Part shown: positions 62,659-64,000 of the stretch, piece by piece | Layout: each line of letters begins with the position of its first letter | How positions within the stretch are numbered: the stretch's first letter is position 1 | NCBI GenBank assembly: GCA_965197475.1 | Contig: CBDANF010000003.1 | Span: forward strand, 3,328,001-3,392,000 | From: Candidatus Poribacteria bacterium | GTDB taxonomy: Bacteria; Poribacteria; WGA-4E; WGA-3G | Reading direction: 5' to 3' | DNA length: 64,000 nucleotides | Notes under the pieces: generated by a model | The model's input: the letters and a program-made list of their open reading frames with translations, nothing else | What the model was told of the DNA's origin: nothing | The model's database searches: none | Translations under genes and position numbers: made by a program

Positions 62659-63695
62659 ATGCGTTTACACAAAGTCGTTTTGCTCAGTCTCTTGCTACTA
62701 CTTTTATCAACTGGAGCGTCTGCCAAAATCGTTTTTGGCTCCGTACGCGACGGTGTGGAGGGTATCTACGTTATGGACGATGACGGTAGCAACCAGACGC
62801 TTATCACCGAAGACAAAGAGTTGCAGCCATACCCCACTTCCTGGTCACCAGACGGTAAACAGATTCTATTTAAGAGACGCGCGCGGATAAACGGAAATGG
62901 TGTTCTTTTCTTGATGAATGCGGACGGCACGAATGTTCGGCAACTCACAGAAGACGATGATAGTTATATCAATACGGGTAGATTTTCACCGGATGGTAAA
63001 TCTATCGTTTTTCGAAGGTCAGTTCGGATAAACAACACGTCCAAATATAGCATCGTCGTGCTAAACATAAAGACAGGGAAGATGAAACAAATATCAGATA
63101 GCTGGGGTATCCAATGCGATTGGTCGCCAGATGGCAAGCATATTGTATTTGCACATCCACGCGGGGGCAATGGTAGCACGATTTGGATTATGGGTTCGGA
63201 TGGTCAAAACCCGCGCGAACTTCTCCCGCACCGCGTTGGTGGAGAATTCACGAATTACCGATCGAGACCGCGCTGGTCACCTAACGGTAAACAGATTGTT
63301 TTTCAACAAATAGAGTATAAATACGTGTTCATACCGAATGAGGGGAACTTTCTTTTCTACAAGGCGTTTCAGTATATGATTTGTGATCAGAACGGAGAGA
63401 ACGTTAGAAAACTACGAATACCGAGTAACTGGAAAGGGTATGGTATGGATTGGATGGATGACGGTAAATCAATCGTTTTCAGTGCGTATGTCAGCATACC
63501 TGTGAACAAACTGCTACCGCGCGGGTTTGTGTCTCCACCGAGCAATATCTATAAGTATCATATCCAGACGCACGAGATCACACGGCTAACAGACATCCGG
63601 GCACAGATGGGACACTGGATTGGATCAGCGATGATGCACATGCTGTGACCGCAGTCGGCAAAAAAAAAGTAACGTGGGGAACGTTGAAAAAATAA
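62659..63695 (+). CDS. Secreted TolB-like (PD40) beta-propeller with a 1-nt frameshift near the C-terminus
   Basis: Signal peptide (ASA), WSPDGK repeats. After a shift near 63595 the frame reads PGTDGTLDWISDDAHAVTAVGKKKVTWGTLKK* ending at 63695. Confidence 0.85.
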
Positions 63696-63709
63696 AGCCC
63701 TAACCATTG

Positions 63710-63742
63710 TAACGGCAGGGGACACGTTCCCCTGCCATTTCT
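63710..63742 (+). repeat. 33-bp direct repeat with hairpin, copy 2
   Basis: Identical to 62610-62642. Confidence 0.9.
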
Positions 63743-63756
63743 TTATTTTATAAGGA

Positions 63757-63878
63757 CAGGACGGACGCATTCCCCCTTGATAAGGGGGGTTAGGGGGGTT
63801 AAAAGTCCTTATTTGGGTGTTTTAAACCCCCTAATCCCCCTTATCAGTGGGACTTTAAGAAAAAATGCGTCCGTCCTG
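63757..63878. mobile_element. MITE-like palindromic element, copy 3 (variant TIR)
   Basis: TIR CAGGACGGACGCA / TGCGTCCGTCCTG with the same internal palindromes; no clean target duplication. Confidence 0.82.
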
Positions 63879-64000
63879 ATAATTATTATGTATCGGGGAC
63901 GGGATAGGTTTTGAAGCAGTCAAAGCCGCGAGTTACTATGCAGCGGGTGAAACAGGTCACAGCAGACCACGAAACGGGTGGATTGCGGGTGCAAAAAAGC

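Noticed and set aside
50555-63695. Diversity-generating retroelement explaining the variable secreted proteins
   Set aside because: No reverse transcriptase and no template/variable repeat pair differing at adenines was seen.
63895-64000. GGGGAC...GGTTTTGA resembling a tmRNA 5' end
   Set aside because: Weak match, cut by the window edge, and a minus-strand open frame could explain it equally well.

Overview
A 64 kb bacterial window, most likely from Candidatus Poribacteria (sponge symbiont). This assignment is an inference from gene style: many TPR, WD40, LamG and TolB-like proteins, the QDYxxWGLPExAxxRLGKG WD40 N-terminus and the KLxTTWGxLK C-termini. Housekeeping genes (folD, cysC, msrA, hisF, glnE) are mixed with an ECF sigma/anti-sigma/TPR operon, sugar and sulfate catabolism genes, ABC transporters and a 3406-aa TPR-LamG giant protein. 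Five IS elements are present (two IS1, IS1595, IS3, a truncated IS5), plus a 120-bp MITE in three copies, REP-like palindromes and a decaying Panacea toxin-antitoxin islet. The main candidate for an undescribed system is a shared C-terminal motif, (A/P)V-x3-(G/D/N)K-x3-4-W(G/A)x(L/I)K, on six signal-peptide proteins with four different cargo domains, which looks like a protein sorting or anchoring signal. One of the six is only visible after correcting a frameshift. Other highlights are a twice-occurring module of a variable secreted protein plus a motif-bearing TolB-like propeller (one copy has a sigma54 promoter and 33-bp direct repeats) and a repeated GTAC to GGAC/GTCC substitution signature inside mobile elements. 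Several single-base frameshifts may be assembly errors. No rRNA, tRNA or CRISPR array was seen. All calls come from reading the sequence by eye; no searches were run.
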